Shown piece by piece: positions 16,271-32,101 of a stretch of 64,000 nucleotides of DNA. The position numbers were made by a program, and so were the translations under genes. Each line of letters starts with the position of its first letter. Position 1 is the first letter of the stretch. Source of the stretch: the human T2T-CHM13v2.0 reference genome, Homo sapiens; assembly GCF_009914755.1 (NCBI RefSeq), contig NC_060935.1. One strand, 5' to 3'. Below the pieces are notes generated by a model. The model worked only from the letters and a program-made list of their open reading frames with translations. It ran no database searches and had not been told where the DNA came from.

Positions 16271-17098
16271 CATTCCTCTGCTGTCCCACTACAACACAGA
16301 AGACTTCTGTGACCCCAGAATATGTGGGGGTTTCTCCCCATCGGCAAACAAGCTATCAGTTCTGCAGCAGGCACCAGCGGGGTGTCCTCCAGCTTGATTC
16401 TGACACCGTCTACCTGGAGGTAGTGTCAGATCCTGCAGGGGAGTCCCAGGGCTACCCCCTACTTCTCATGTTAGCCTCAAGCCTCAGGTTGTGACCTGTG
16501 CTTGTGCATGACAGACTGTGAATGGACATCTCACGACCCCCTCTTTGGATTCAATTAGTTTGCTAGAGAGGCTCACAGAACTCAGGGAAACACATTTATT
16601 TGATCATAAAAGCTAGTATGAAGGGTGCAGGTGACGTGATGCGTAGGGCATGGTACCGGGCCATGGCCGCTCCATGTCCCTCCAGGGATCCCCATGTGTT
16701 CAGTTATCTGGACGTTCCCCAAACCCTGTCCTCCTGGGCCTTTTGTGCAGACTTCATTGGATAGGCATGATTGACAGCTGTGTACAAATGGGACTGGACC
16801 AAAAGGGTGTGATCTAAACCCAGCAGGGCCTGTCTGTGCAGATTCTTCCCGGCCTATCTGTGCGGCGTTCCTTCCCCCGGGGTGTGGGGCAGGGCCCCTT
16901 CAGAAATGTGGGTCTTGTGACCCACAGTCAGACAAGGTAGGTCAGAGAATTTATGGCCAGCTCCACGACAGAAAGGCTGGGGGTGGTTAGAGTCCCTTGT
17001 TAGTCTTATGGCCTGCCTTGGGGAAAAAATAACAAGAGCTGTGAGAGTTTTGAGCCAGGAACTGTAGATGAAAACCAGTATGTATGTATAATATCACA
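16271..17098 (-). mobile_element. MER21-family LTR
   Basis: attctgacaccgtctacctggaggtagtgtcagatcc and terminal ...ataatatcaca resemble MER21. Confidence 0.7.
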
Positions 17099-17169
17099 AT
17101 TGGATATTATGCAAGTGGACTTGTCAGATTTTGTAGGAAAGCCCTCATGTTCCTACCAACAACTGTTTG

Positions 17170-17415
17170 CCCTGCAGCACAGACCTGCTCCCTGTATCGT
17201 AATCCCTCCTAGCTTCATCTGCTTTCCTTACACAGCACATGGTGATTAAATAGGTGTGCGACTGCTTGGTCAGTAACAGTCTTCTGCCAGACTGTGTCTT
17301 CCGTGAGGGTAACAGAGACCATGTCTGTTTTTGCTCATCCTTGTGCCTTGGTGCCCAGCACCATGTGTGGACAGTTGTAGGTGCTCAGTGGATATTTACG
17401 GAACAAATGCATCAG
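17170..17415 (+). mobile_element. L2 3' fragment
   Basis: gcccagcaccatgtgtggacagttgtaggtgctcagtggatattt. Confidence 0.55.
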
Positions 17416-17439
17416 TCCGTCTTTAAGGTTCCCTCTAGC

Positions 17440-17818
17440 TGTGGACCGAGTTGCCTCCGTGGCTCCACCCCAGTTCATATGCTGAAGCCCCAACCCCAGT
17501 GTGACTGGATTTGGAGACAGGGCTTTCAGGAGGCATTTAAGGTTAAATGAAGTCATAGAGGTGGGGTCCTAATCCTGTAGGATTGGTGGCCTTGTAAGAG
17601 GAAGAGAGAGCGTGCTCGCTTCATAAGCATGCGTCAAAGAAAGGCCACGTGAGCACACAGAAGGTGGCTGTCTGCAAGCCAGGAAGAGAGCCCTCACCAG
17701 AAACCACCCTGCTGGTGTGTTGCTCACAGGCTTCCAGCCTGCAGGCCTGTGAGAAGATGAAGTGTTTCAGCCGCCCCGTCTGGGGTGTTTTGTCATGGCA
17801 GCCGGAGCAGACTAAGGG
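17440..17818 (+). mobile_element. MLT1A-like MaLR LTR
   Basis: aaggttaaatgaagtcatagaggtggggtcctaatcc...gcagactaag. Confidence 0.75.
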
Positions 17819-18139
17819 ACCTGTAGCCCTGACATTCCATCATTTTATGACCATGAGGAATTACAGATCCTGGGCATTGCTTTCAAATGAGACACATGAA
17901 ATTGAAATGTGTCAGTTCAGGTATTTTGATTGCCATTGGGGATGGATAAGCCAAAAAGAAAGACTATTTTAAATGACTAGATTTGACAACAGATAGGTTG
18001 TAATGTCTATCAACAGATAGACTGAATAGATCAGTCTTTCCTGCTTTGGACAGAAGCTAGCCTTTGGGGCTGTTGGTGGGAGCACTCCTAATATTATTAA
18101 TGATATTAGTACCTAACCATATTTGCTGAGGACTTCTCT

Positions 18140-18290
18140 TGTAGGAGTGCTAATCCCATCATGAGGGCCCACCTCATGACCCCATCTAAACCCAGCCACC
18201 TTCCAAAGGTTCCATCTTCAGATACTATGACATTGGGGTTAGGGCTTCAGCATGCGAATTTTGAGGGGACAGAAACATTCAGTCCATACG
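18140..18290 (-). mobile_element. MaLR (MLT1/MST) LTR fragment
   Basis: ctaatcccatcatgagggccc...aacattcagtccata. Confidence 0.65.
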
Positions 18291-18873
18291 GCAGGGGAGG
18301 CAGGCTGATTTCAACGGGCACATCTGAGCTGAGTCTTGAAGGATGCGTGTTGCAGAGGCTGCATCTGTTTTGCGACTGCAGTTGATCGAGGAAGAAACTG
18401 TGGAGGTGAATTTATAAAAGAAAATTGAAAGCCTATAGTAGTAAAACTGTGTGCTTTTGGCAGTGGAAGTTGATTTTAGGAGTAAACCTCCGTGTTATTA
18501 GCGGATGACGATTTATCATGGCAAACATCCAGCAAGATATTTGAGTTCTGAGCTTGGTAAAGAGGTAGAGTTAGAAATGGTGCTGTGGAGCACCCCCTGG
18601 GTGCGCAGCGGCTGGCCCGGGCGGTTCAGGACTCGCTCCTTTGCTGTCCTGACCCAGGCACTCCCTTTCCCCTAGGCTCAGTCCCGGCCCCGGCCCTGCT
18701 GCAGCCCCTTCCTGCCGGCTCTGGGTTGGAGGCAGGTGTCTGCTTCGGCTTTTCTCCTGCCTTGAAACGGGGCCTCATCCCATTCGTGAGTTCTGAGTGT
18801 CAGTCTTATCAGGGAAATGGTGTTTCTTTAGAAATCAATTAAAATAAAAATGGCTTTTTGTTCTTTTTTTTAG

Positions 18874-18942
18874 GTAAAAGTAAAGAAGCAGAAATAAAAA
18901 GGATAAACAAGGAACTGGCAAATATCAGATCAAAATTTAAAG
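18874..18942 (+). CDS. AP2A2: AP-2 alpha-2 coding exon 2 ([24 protein letters not shown]), 69 nt, phase 1-1
   Basis: T-rich acceptor ttttttttag| and donor AG|gtaagt; translation matches the alpha-adaptin N-terminus and joins exon 3 in frame. Confidence 0.97.
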
Positions 18943-19670
18943 GTAAGTATGTTTAACCTTTTCCATGAAATGTCCTGTTGTAAATTTTCTGTAGTAAGAA
19001 CCCAGTCTTTTAATACTGTCTTCTTTTCTCCCACACTAAAGTGAAGTTCTCAGTTTGTACAGTTTCTATCAGGGCCCTGTCAGAATTAGGAAATGGCATG
19101 TGTGGAGCTGGTTAGGTGGGGCAGCCCCTCCTGGTGTCTGGTCTTTTCCTGGAGCTGGAACAGCACTGGTCTAGTGCCCAGCTGCATGTCGCAGTATTAG
19201 CCACCAGGCCAGCGTGCTGGGGGTTCAGAGGACAGACACCAAGTACGGGAAGTGCTCTGTGTAAGGCGCCACCGAACGCCTCCTGCTGACGGTCAACAGG
19301 GACCTGACCTGCGCTCGGTGGACTGCCTCTCTGTGAGCCAGTGTGTGGGCTGAGTGCCTTCCCTGAACATCCTTACTTTGAAGAATTGTGAAGTACGGAT
19401 TTAGTTTTCAGCCCTTGGGACATTTTTGAAACCCCAGTTAATCCTTAAAGCCTTAATTTTTCAGTTAATGTTTACAGATTTGCAACCTGGCTCACCTCCC
19501 TGAGCATACCTTAGCCACGGTGTAGCTGAAATTGCCCAGGCACAATGAGTCGGGGAGAGGGCTGAGCCTGACCCCTGTGGAACTGGAGGGACAGGCAGAA
19601 CACAGCTTGGGGACAACTGGAGTTTCATGGGATGGGTGCTTTTGAGGGCTTGAGAATGGATATCCAGTAG

Positions 19671-20393
<723 letters not shown>

Positions 20394-20505
20394 TGTGCAC
20401 CTTTGTTCTTAACTGTAGAATGGGGAAACCAGTGATCTCAAGTTGGGTTCTCCAGGATGTGGACTCTGAAATGGGCTGTGTACAGAAGATTTATTCAGAG
20501 TGACA

Positions 20506-21480
20506 CCAGTGAAAAGTAAAGGGCAGAAGCAGATGGAGATGTGGGTCTGACAGTCACCACCACCAGTGAAAAGTAAAGGGCAGAAGCAGATGGAGATGTG
20601 GGTCTGACAGCCGCCGCCACCAGTGAAAAGTAAAGGGCAGAAGCAGATGGAGATGTGGGTCTGACAGTCACCACCACCAGTGAAAAGTAAAGGGCAGAAG
20701 CAGATGATGTGGGTCTGACAGTCGCCGCCACCAGTGAAAAGTAAAGGGCAGAAGCAGATGGAGATGTGGGTCTGACAGAGTCGCCACCACCAGTGAAAAG
20801 TAAAGGGCAGAAGCAGATGGAGATGTGGGTCTGACAGTCGCCACCACTAGTGAAAAGTAAAGGGCAGAAGCAGATGGAGATGTGGGTCTGACAGAGTCGC
20901 CACCACCAGTGAAAAGTAAATGGCAGAAGCAGATGGAGATGTGGGTCTGACAGTCGCCACCACCAGTGAAAAGTAAAGGGCAGAAGCAGATGGAGATGTG
21001 GGTCTGACAGAGTTGCCACCAGTGAAAAGTAAAGGGCAGAAGCAGATGGAGATGTGGGTCTGACAGAGTTGCCACCAGTGAAAAGTAAAGGGCGGAAGCA
21101 GATGGAGATGTGGGTCTGACAGTCGCCGCCACCAGTGAAAAGTAAAGGGCGGAAGCAGATGGAGATGTGGGTCTGATAGTCGCCGCCACCAGTGAAAAGT
21201 AAAGGGCGGAAGCAGATGGAGATGTGGGTCTGACAGAGTCGCCGCCACGAGTGAAAAGTAAAGGGCGGAAGCAGATGGAGATGTGGGTCTGACAGAGTCG
21301 CCGCCACCAGTGAAAAGTAAAGGGCGGAAGCAGATGGAGATGTGGGTCTGACAGAGTCGCCGCCACCAGTGAAAAGTAAAGGGCAGAAGCAGATGGAGAT
21401 GTGGGTCTGACAGTCGCCACCACTAGTGAAAAGTAAAGGGCGGAAGCAGATGGAGATGTGGGTCTGACAGTCGCCGCCAC
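20506..21480. repeat. VNTR, ~57-bp (54-59) unit, about 17 copies
   Basis: ccagtgaaaagtaaagggcagaagcagatggagatgtgggtctgacag(ag)tcRccRcca. Confidence 0.96.
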
Positions 21481-21888
21481 CTGCCCATCAGGGAGCTCGG
21501 GAGCCCAGATTGCCGGCTGGAGGTGGTGGCACTGGGTTGAAAGGGCTGCGCCCTGGCACCCTCTTGCTCAGCCGTGGCTCTCAACCTGGGGGAGCCGGAC
21601 CATGACAAAGCCAGCCTTACTCTTGGTGTCACTGGGCCTTCACTGAATGGGATCTGCGTCTGCTGTGCTCATTGTGAGGAAATGAGGAAATGCATAGAAA
21701 TTGCTTGAAAGGAAACCAGCACCCAGCCAGTGTGAATCCATTTTGTTATTGTGAAAAGAGTTCATGGCCTTCAGAATGGTGAAGATGAAATTCGAATGGG
21801 AGGTTTTTATAGGTTTCAGAAGAATCATCTAATGTGTTGAGGTGTAACTTCAAAGACTTTGCTAGGCTGTTAAATTTACAAACTCTCT

Positions 21889-22189
<301 letters not shown>

Positions 22190-22414
22190 TTATAAATTCT
22201 GTATAAATGTTTTGGGACTAAAGGAGACTTCATGCCTGTCTGGCTGTCCTAGATAGGGAAGGTGGCCCCTCCTACACAGTGATCTGTTGGCTTTTGTTGA
22301 GCACGCGCGTACCCTGGGTGGTGGCAGCAGACATAGAAGAAAATCTACTCCTTGTCCGTAAGAAATGTGCTGCCTGAGGCCTGCCCTGCCAGCTGTGGGT
22401 AGATGAGATGACTT

Positions 22415-23030
<616 letters not shown>

Positions 23031-23077
23031 AGCAACCCTTCTGTTGAAAACAGTTGATCAATTGATTGATCTATTGA

Positions 23078-23362
<285 letters not shown>

Positions 23363-23718
23363 CCTAGGAGTGTGGGTCCACTCGTGGGTGGAGGTGGGAG
23401 GCTGTTAAACAACCGAAGTGCATAGAGTGGCCCCCACAACAGAGGCGTCAGCCAGGATGTCAGTGGTGCCAGGGCTGAGGAGCCTTGTCTAGAGGGATGA
23501 TAGTCAAAGACTGGAGACCCCCTTCCACTGTGAACTGAAGGCCTCACCAGAGGGAATACCCGTAGGGCAGAGTGAACTGTCAGTGAGCCAGTCCTCTTCC
23601 AGACTTGCCGCTGGGTGTCTTGACATGGGGGTGCTCTACACAACCTCAAAATGTTGGGAAGGTTACAACCAGGGAAAGAATCGATATCCAACAAAAATAC
23701 CTTTCAACAATGAAGCTA

Positions 23719-24135
23719 CCCTGTTTGAGTGGGGCATCACGAACCATCCTGCTTCAAGGGAGCCTGTGGGTCTGACTGCAACTTCAGCTCTGACCTGGAG
23801 TTCTGGGGCTTCTCTGCGGGGCACCAGTCTGTAGGCTCCATTTTAGATAATAAAAATTGGCATATTCTGGGGTGGGCAGGATCTGGGGTTCACCTGCAGA
23901 TGAACAGGGCAGAAAAAGCTTGATGGGGTGTTAGGGGAATCTGGTTGGCCTCAAAGGGAATTAATTTGGGGCCCTGTTCCTGAATTGGTAGGCAGCCTGC
24001 ATGTAAGGCTGAAGTCGGTTTGGCCAGAGCATGGGCTGGAGTGCTACCACCCTGCTACATGGTCAATGCCACAGTCTCACTTTTCCTATTTTTTTTTAAT
24101 AAAATGTTGTGAACAACAACAACAACAACAACAAA
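23719..24135 (+). pseudogene. 5'-truncated processed retrocopy (3'UTR only) of an unidentified mRNA
   Basis: TSD aatgaagcta at 23709-23718 and 24136-24145; AATAAA at 24098; tail decayed to (AAC)n; interrupts an L1-like sequence. Confidence 0.75.
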
Positions 24136-24213
24136 AATGAAGCTAAAAAATACCTGCCGAAGACAGAAATGGAAAGAATTTCCTACCAGAAGGCCTGTGT
24201 TAAAGGAAATGCC

Positions 24214-27200
24214 AAAGGAAATAATCCCAGATGGAAGCGTGGAAATGGAAAGCATGGAACGGGCAGGAAATTAAAGGAAATAATCCCAGATGGAAGCGTG
24301 GAGATGGAAAGCATGGAACGGGCGGGAAATTAAAGGAAATAATCCCAGATGGAAGCGTGGAGGTGGAAAGCATGGAACGGGCGGGAAATTAAAGGAAATA
24401 ATCCCAGATGGAAGCGTGGAGGTGGAAAGCATGGAACGGGCGGGAAATTAAAGGAAATAATCCCAGATGGAAGCGTGGAGATGGAAAGCATGGAACGGGC
24501 GGGAAATTAAAGGAAATAATCCCAGATGGAAGCGTGGAGATGGAAAGCATGGAACGGGCGGGAAATTAAAGGAAATAATCCCAGATGGAAGCGTGGAGAT
24601 GGAAAGCATGGAACGGGCGGGAAATTAAAGGAAATAATCCCAGATGGAAGCGTGGAGGTGGAAAGCATGGAACGGGCGGGAAATTAAAGGAAATAATCCC
24701 AGATGGAAGCGTGGAGGTGGAAAGCATGGAACGGGCGGGAAATTAAAGGAAATAATCCCAGATGGAAGCGTGGAGGTGGAAAGCATGGAACGGGCGGGAA
24801 ATTAAAGGAAATAATCCCAGATGGAAGCGTGGAGGTGGAAAGCATGGAACGGGCGGGAAATTAAAGGAAATAATCCCAGATGGAAGCGTGGAGGTGGAAA
24901 GCATGGAACGGGCGGGAAATTAAAGGAAATAATCCCAGATGGAAGCGTGGAGGTGGAAAGCATGGAACGGGCGGGAAATTAAAGGAAATAATCCCAGATG
25001 GAAGCGTGGAGGTGGAAAGCATGGAACGGGCGGGAAATTAAAGGAAATAATCCCAGATGGAAGCGTGGAGGTGGAAAGCATGGAACGGGCGGGAAATTAA
25101 AGGAAATAATCCCAGATGGAAGCGTGGAGGTGGAAAGCATGGAACGGGCGGGAAATTAAAGGAAATAATCCCAGATGGAAGCGTGGAGGTGGAAAGCATG
25201 GAACGGGCGGGAAATTAAAGGAAATAATCCCAGATGGAAGCGTGGAGGTGGAAAGCATGGAACGGGCGGGAAATTAAAGGAAATAATCCCAGATGGAAGC
25301 GTGGAGGTGGAAAGCATGGAACGGGCGGGAAATTAAAGGAAATAATCCCAGATGGAAGCGTGGAGGTGGAAAGCATGGAACGGGCGGGAAATTAAAGGAA
25401 ATAATCCCAGATGGAAGCGTGGAGGTGGAAAGCATGGAACGGGCGGGAAATTAAAGGAAATAATCCCAGATGGAAGCGTGGAGGTGGAAAGCATGGAACG
25501 GGCGGGAAATTAAAGGAAATAATCCCAGATGGAAGCGTGGAGGTGGAAAGCATGGAACGGGCGGGAAATTAAAGGAAATAATCCCAGATGGAAGCGTGGA
25601 GGTGGAAAGCATGGAACGGGCGGGAAATTAAAGGAAATAATCCCAGATGGAAGCGTGGAGGTGGAAAGCATGGAACGGGCGGGAAATTAAAGGAAATAAT
25701 CCCAGATGGAAGCGTGGAGGTGGAAAGCATGGAACGGGCGGGAAATTAAAGGAAATAATCCCAGATGGAAGCGTGGAGGTGGAAAGCATGGAACGGGCGG
25801 GAAATTAAAGGAAATAATCCCAGATGGAAGCGTGGAGGTGGAAAGCATGGAACGGGCGGGAAATTAAAGGAAATAATCCCAGATGGAAGCGTGGAGGTGG
25901 AAAGCATGGAACGGGCGGGAAATTAAAGGAAATAATCCCAGATGGAAGCGTGGAGGTGGAAAGCATGGAACGGGCGGGAAATTAAAGGAAATAATCCCAG
26001 ATGGAAGCGTGGAGGTGGAAAGCATGGAACGGGCGGGAAATTAAAGGAAATAATCCCAGATGGAAGCGTGGAGGTGGAAAGCATGGAACGGGCGGGAAAT
26101 TAAAGGAAATAATCCCAGATGGAAGCGTGGAGGTGGAAAGCATGGAACGGGCGGGAAATTAAAGGAAATAATCCCAGATGGAAGCGTGGAGGTGGAAAGC
26201 ATGGAACGGGCGGGAAATTAAAGGAAATAATCCCAGATGGAAGCGTGGAGGTGGAAAGCATGGAACGGGTGGGAAATTAAAGGAAATAATCCCAGATGGA
26301 AGCGTGGAGGTGGAAAGCATGGAACGGGTGGGAAATAATCCCAGATGGAAGCGTGGAGGTGGAAAGCATGGAACGGGTGGGAAATTAAAGGAAATAATCC
26401 CAGATGGAAGCGTGGAGGTGGAAAGCATGGAACGGGCGGGAAATTAAAGGAAATAATCCCAGATGGAAGCGTGGAGGTGGAAAGCATGGAACGGGCGGGA
26501 AATTAAAGGAAATAATCCCAGATGGAAGCGTGGAGGTGGAAAGCATGGAACGGGCGGGAAATTAAAGGAAATAATCCCAGATGGAAGCGTGGAGGTGGAA
26601 AGCATGGAACGGGCGGGAAATTAAAGGAAATAATCCCAGATGGAAGCGTGGAGGTGGAAAGCATGGAACGGGCGGGAAATTAAAGGAAATAATCCCAGAT
26701 GGAAGCGTGGAGGTGGAAAGCATGGAACGGGCGGGAAATTAAAGGAAATAATCCCAGATGGAAGCGTGGAGGTGGAAAGCATGGAACGGGCGGGAAATTA
26801 AAGGAAATAATCCCAGATGGAAGCGTGGAGGTGGAAAGCATGGAACGGGCGGGAAATTAAAGGAAATAATCCCAGATGGAAGCGTGGAGGTGGAAAGCAT
26901 GGAACGGGCGGGAAATTAAAGGAAATAATCCCAGATGGAAGCGTGGAGGTGGAAAGCATGGAACGGGCGGGAAATTAAAGGAAATAATCCCAGATGGAAG
27001 CGTGGAGGTGGAAAGCATGGAACGGGCGGGAAATTAAAGGAAATAATCCCAGATGGAAGCGTGGAGGTGGAAAGCATGGAACGGGCGGGAAATTAAAGGA
27101 AATAATCCCAGATGGAAGCGTGGAGGTGGAAAGCATGGAACGGGCGGGAAATTAAAGGAAATAATCCCAGATGGAAGCGTGGAGGTGGAAAGCATGGAAC

Positions 27201-29745
27201 GGGCGGGAAATTAAAGGAAATAATCCCAGATGGAAGCGTGGAGGTGGAAAGCATGGAACGGGCGGGAAATTAAAGGAAATAATCCCAGATGGAAGCGTGG
27301 AGGTGGAAAGCATGGAACGGGCGGGAAATTAAAGGAAATAATCCCAGATGGAAGCGTGGAGGTGGAAAGCATGGAACGGGCGGGAAATTAAAGGAAATAA
27401 TCCCAGATGGAAGCGTGGAGGTGGAAAGCATGGAACGGGCGGGAAATTAAAGGAAATAATCCCAGATGGAAGCGTGGAGGTGGAAAGCATGGAACGGGCG
27501 GGAAATTAAAGGAAATAATCCCAGATGGAAGCGTGGAGGTGGAAAGCATGGAACGGGCGGGAAATTAAAGGAAATAATCCCAGATGGAAGCGTGGAGGTG
27601 GAAAGCATGGAACGGGCGGGAAATTAAAGGAAATAATCCCAGATGGAAGCGTGGAGGTGGAAAGCATGGAACGGGCGGGAAATTAAAGGAAATAATCCCA
27701 GATGGAAGCGTGGAGGTGGAAAGCATGGAACGGGCGGGAAATTAAAGGAAATAATCCCAGATGGAAGCGTGGAGGTGGAAAGCATGGAACGGGCGGGAAA
27801 TTAAAGGAAATAATCCCAGATGGAAGCGTGGAGGTGGAAAGCATGGAACGGGCGGGAAATTAAAGGAAATAATCCCAGATGGAAGCGTGGAGGTGGAAAG
27901 CATGGAACGGGCGGGAAATTAAAGGAAATAATCCCAGATGGAAGCGTGGAGGTGGAAAGCATGGAACGGGCGGGAAATTAAAGGAAATAATCCCAGATGG
28001 AAGCGTGGAGGTGGAAAGCATGGAACGGGCGGGAAATTAAAGGAAATAATCCCAGATGGAAGCGTGGAGGTGGAAAGCATGGAACGGGCGGGAAATTAAA
28101 GGAAATAATCCCAGATGGAAGCGTGGAGGTGGAAAGCATGGAACGGGCGGGAAATTAAAGGAAATAATCCCAGATGGAAGCGTGGAGGTGGAAAGCATGG
28201 AACGGGCGGGAAATTAAAGGAAATAATCCCAGATGGAAGCGTGGAGGTGGAAAGCATGGAACGGGCGGGAAATTAAAGGAAATAATCCCAGATGGAAGCG
28301 TGGAGGTGGAAAGCATGGAACGGGCGGGAAATTAAAGGAAATAATCCCAGATGGAAGCGTGGAGGTGGAAAGCATGGAACGGGCGGGAAATTAAAGGAAA
28401 TAATCCCAGATGGAAGCGTGGAGGTGGAAAGCATGGAACGGGCGGGAAATTAAAGGAAATAATCCCAGATGGAAGCGTGGAGGTGGAAAGCATGGAACGG
28501 GCGGGAAATTAAAGGAAATAATCCCAGATGGAAGCGTGGAGGTGGAAAGCATGGAACGGGCGGGAAATTAAAGGAAATAATCCCAGATGGAAGCGTGGAG
28601 GTGGAAAGCATGGAACGGGCGGGAAATTAAAGGAAATAATCCCAGATGGAAGCGTGGAGGTGGAAAGCATGGAACGGGCGGGAAATTAAAGGAAATAATC
28701 CCAGATGGAAGCGTGGAGGTGGAAAGCATGGAACGGGCGGGAAATTAAAGGAAATAATCCCAGATGGAAGCGTGGAGGTGGAAAGCATGGAACGGGCGGG
28801 AAATTAAAGGAAATAATCCCAGATGGAAGCGTGGAGGTGGAAAGCATGGAACGGGCGGGAAATTAAAGGAAATAATCCCAGATGGAAGCGTGGAGGTGGA
28901 AAGCATGGAACGGGCGGGAAATTAAAGGAAATAATCCCAGATGGAAGCGTGGAGGTGGAAAGCATGGAACGGGCGGGAAATTAAAGGAAATAATCCCAGA
29001 TGGAAGCGTGGAGATGGAAAGCATGGAACGGGCGGGAAATTAAAGGAAATAATCCCAGATGGAAGCGTGGAGGTGGAAAGCATGGAACGGGCGGGAAATT
29101 AAAGGAAATAATCCCAGATGGAAGCGTGGAGGTGGAAAGCATGGAACGGGCGGGAAATTAAAGGAAATAATCCCAGATGGAAGCGTGGAGGTGGAAAGCA
29201 TGGAACGGGCGGGAAATTAAAGGAAATAATCCCAGATGGAAGCGTGGAGGTGGAAAGCATGGAACGGGCGGGAAATTAAAGGAAATAATCCCAGATGGAA
29301 GCGTGGAGGTGGAAAGCATGGAACGGGCGGGAAATTAAAGGAAATAATCCCAGATGGAAGCGTGGAGGTGGAAAGCATGGAACGGGCGGGAAATTAAAGG
29401 AAATAATCCCAGATGGAAGCGTGGAGGTGGAAAGCATGGAACGGGCGGGAAATTAAAGGAAATAATCCCAGATGGAAGCGTGGAGGTGGAAAGCATGGAA
29501 CGGGCGGGAAATTAAAGGAAATAATCCCAGATGGAAGCGTGGAGGTGGAAAGCATGGAACGGGCGGGAAATTAAAGGAAATAATCCCAGATGGAAGCGTG
29601 GAGGTGGAAAGCATGGAACGGGCGGGAAATTAAAGGAAATAACCCCAGATGGAAGCGTGGAGGTGGAAAGCATGGAACGGGCGGGAAATTAAAGGAAATA
29701 ATCCCAGATGGAAGCGTGGAGGTGGAAAGAATGGAATGGGCAGGA
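24214..29745. repeat. Large VNTR, 59-bp unit, about 94 copies, in AP2A2 intron 2
   Basis: aaaggaaataatcccagatggaagcgtggaggtggaaagcatggaacgggcgggaaatt, nearly invariant. Confidence 0.99.
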
Positions 29746-30283
29746 CAGCGGGAGATGTGTAGGTAACGCCAGTGTGTTGTGTCTCGTGGTTATGTCTGTC
29801 TGTGGAGTTTCTTCAGTAGTGCAGTGAACTTCAGAGAGTTGAAACCGTATTTGTTTGCCATCAAGAAGACTGTAGGCCCAAATGGCTTCCCTGTGATCTT
29901 TATCCTTTAATGAGGGTTGTTAGGTGTGACCATCTGATGTGTGGCCTAAGGTGTGTGGAGAAAAGTGTTCATGTCAGTCCCAACTTTGGCTTTAAGGGAG
30001 TCTCCCCTCTGGGCTCTTCCTACCTCTGCTATGGTAAGGATGTGCTTTGGGTGGTGTGGGCCTGGAGCAGAGCCATGCACAGCAGGCCCGTCCAGATCTG
30101 ACGGTGTCTTGACGGTGGCCCCGGCTGACCTGCAGACGCATGGGCAAGAAATCAGTGCTTATGTGCACCTGCCATGCTAGTGGGAGCCCAGGGGAGTTAC
30201 TGGGATGTTCACAGGTGTGCCTTCCATCTTTAAGCCTTTAGAAAACAACTGTTGTGTTCTCATACTCTACAGAGACATGGTAG

Positions 30284-30989
<706 letters not shown>

Positions 30990-31328
30990 TTACCGTGAGT
31001 TTGCTTGATTATTAATTCATTGATGTAAAAGGCAAAGACTGAGCAACTGCCTTGTGCCACACACTGTTGTTGGGGCTGGTGTGCATTGGTGAGGAAGTGG
31101 AAGGAGTTCCCACCCTGCCCCCGAGGGTGTGAGCCTCATGCAGGCTGTGTGGGTTGGAGAGTGTAGAGCCAGCAGTGCCTCTGGCTGGTGACCAGATGGC
31201 TGGTGGCCAGTCAGGGCACTGTCCCTTTTCCCAACTTTCAGGTCAAGAGAAGGCGTGGAGGCTCTGGTTCCTGACTCACTCTCCAGTTTATCTTATTCTA
31301 CTTGATATTTTGTTATAAAAAAATACCA

Positions 31329-32101
<773 letters not shown>

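Noticed and set aside
20495-21480. 270-aa minus-strand ORFs
   Set aside because: Translations of the 57-bp VNTR
24214-29745. CRISPR-like array
   Set aside because: Head-to-tail identical units without unique spacers, no cas genes, and a primate intron context; the same applies to the other VNTRs
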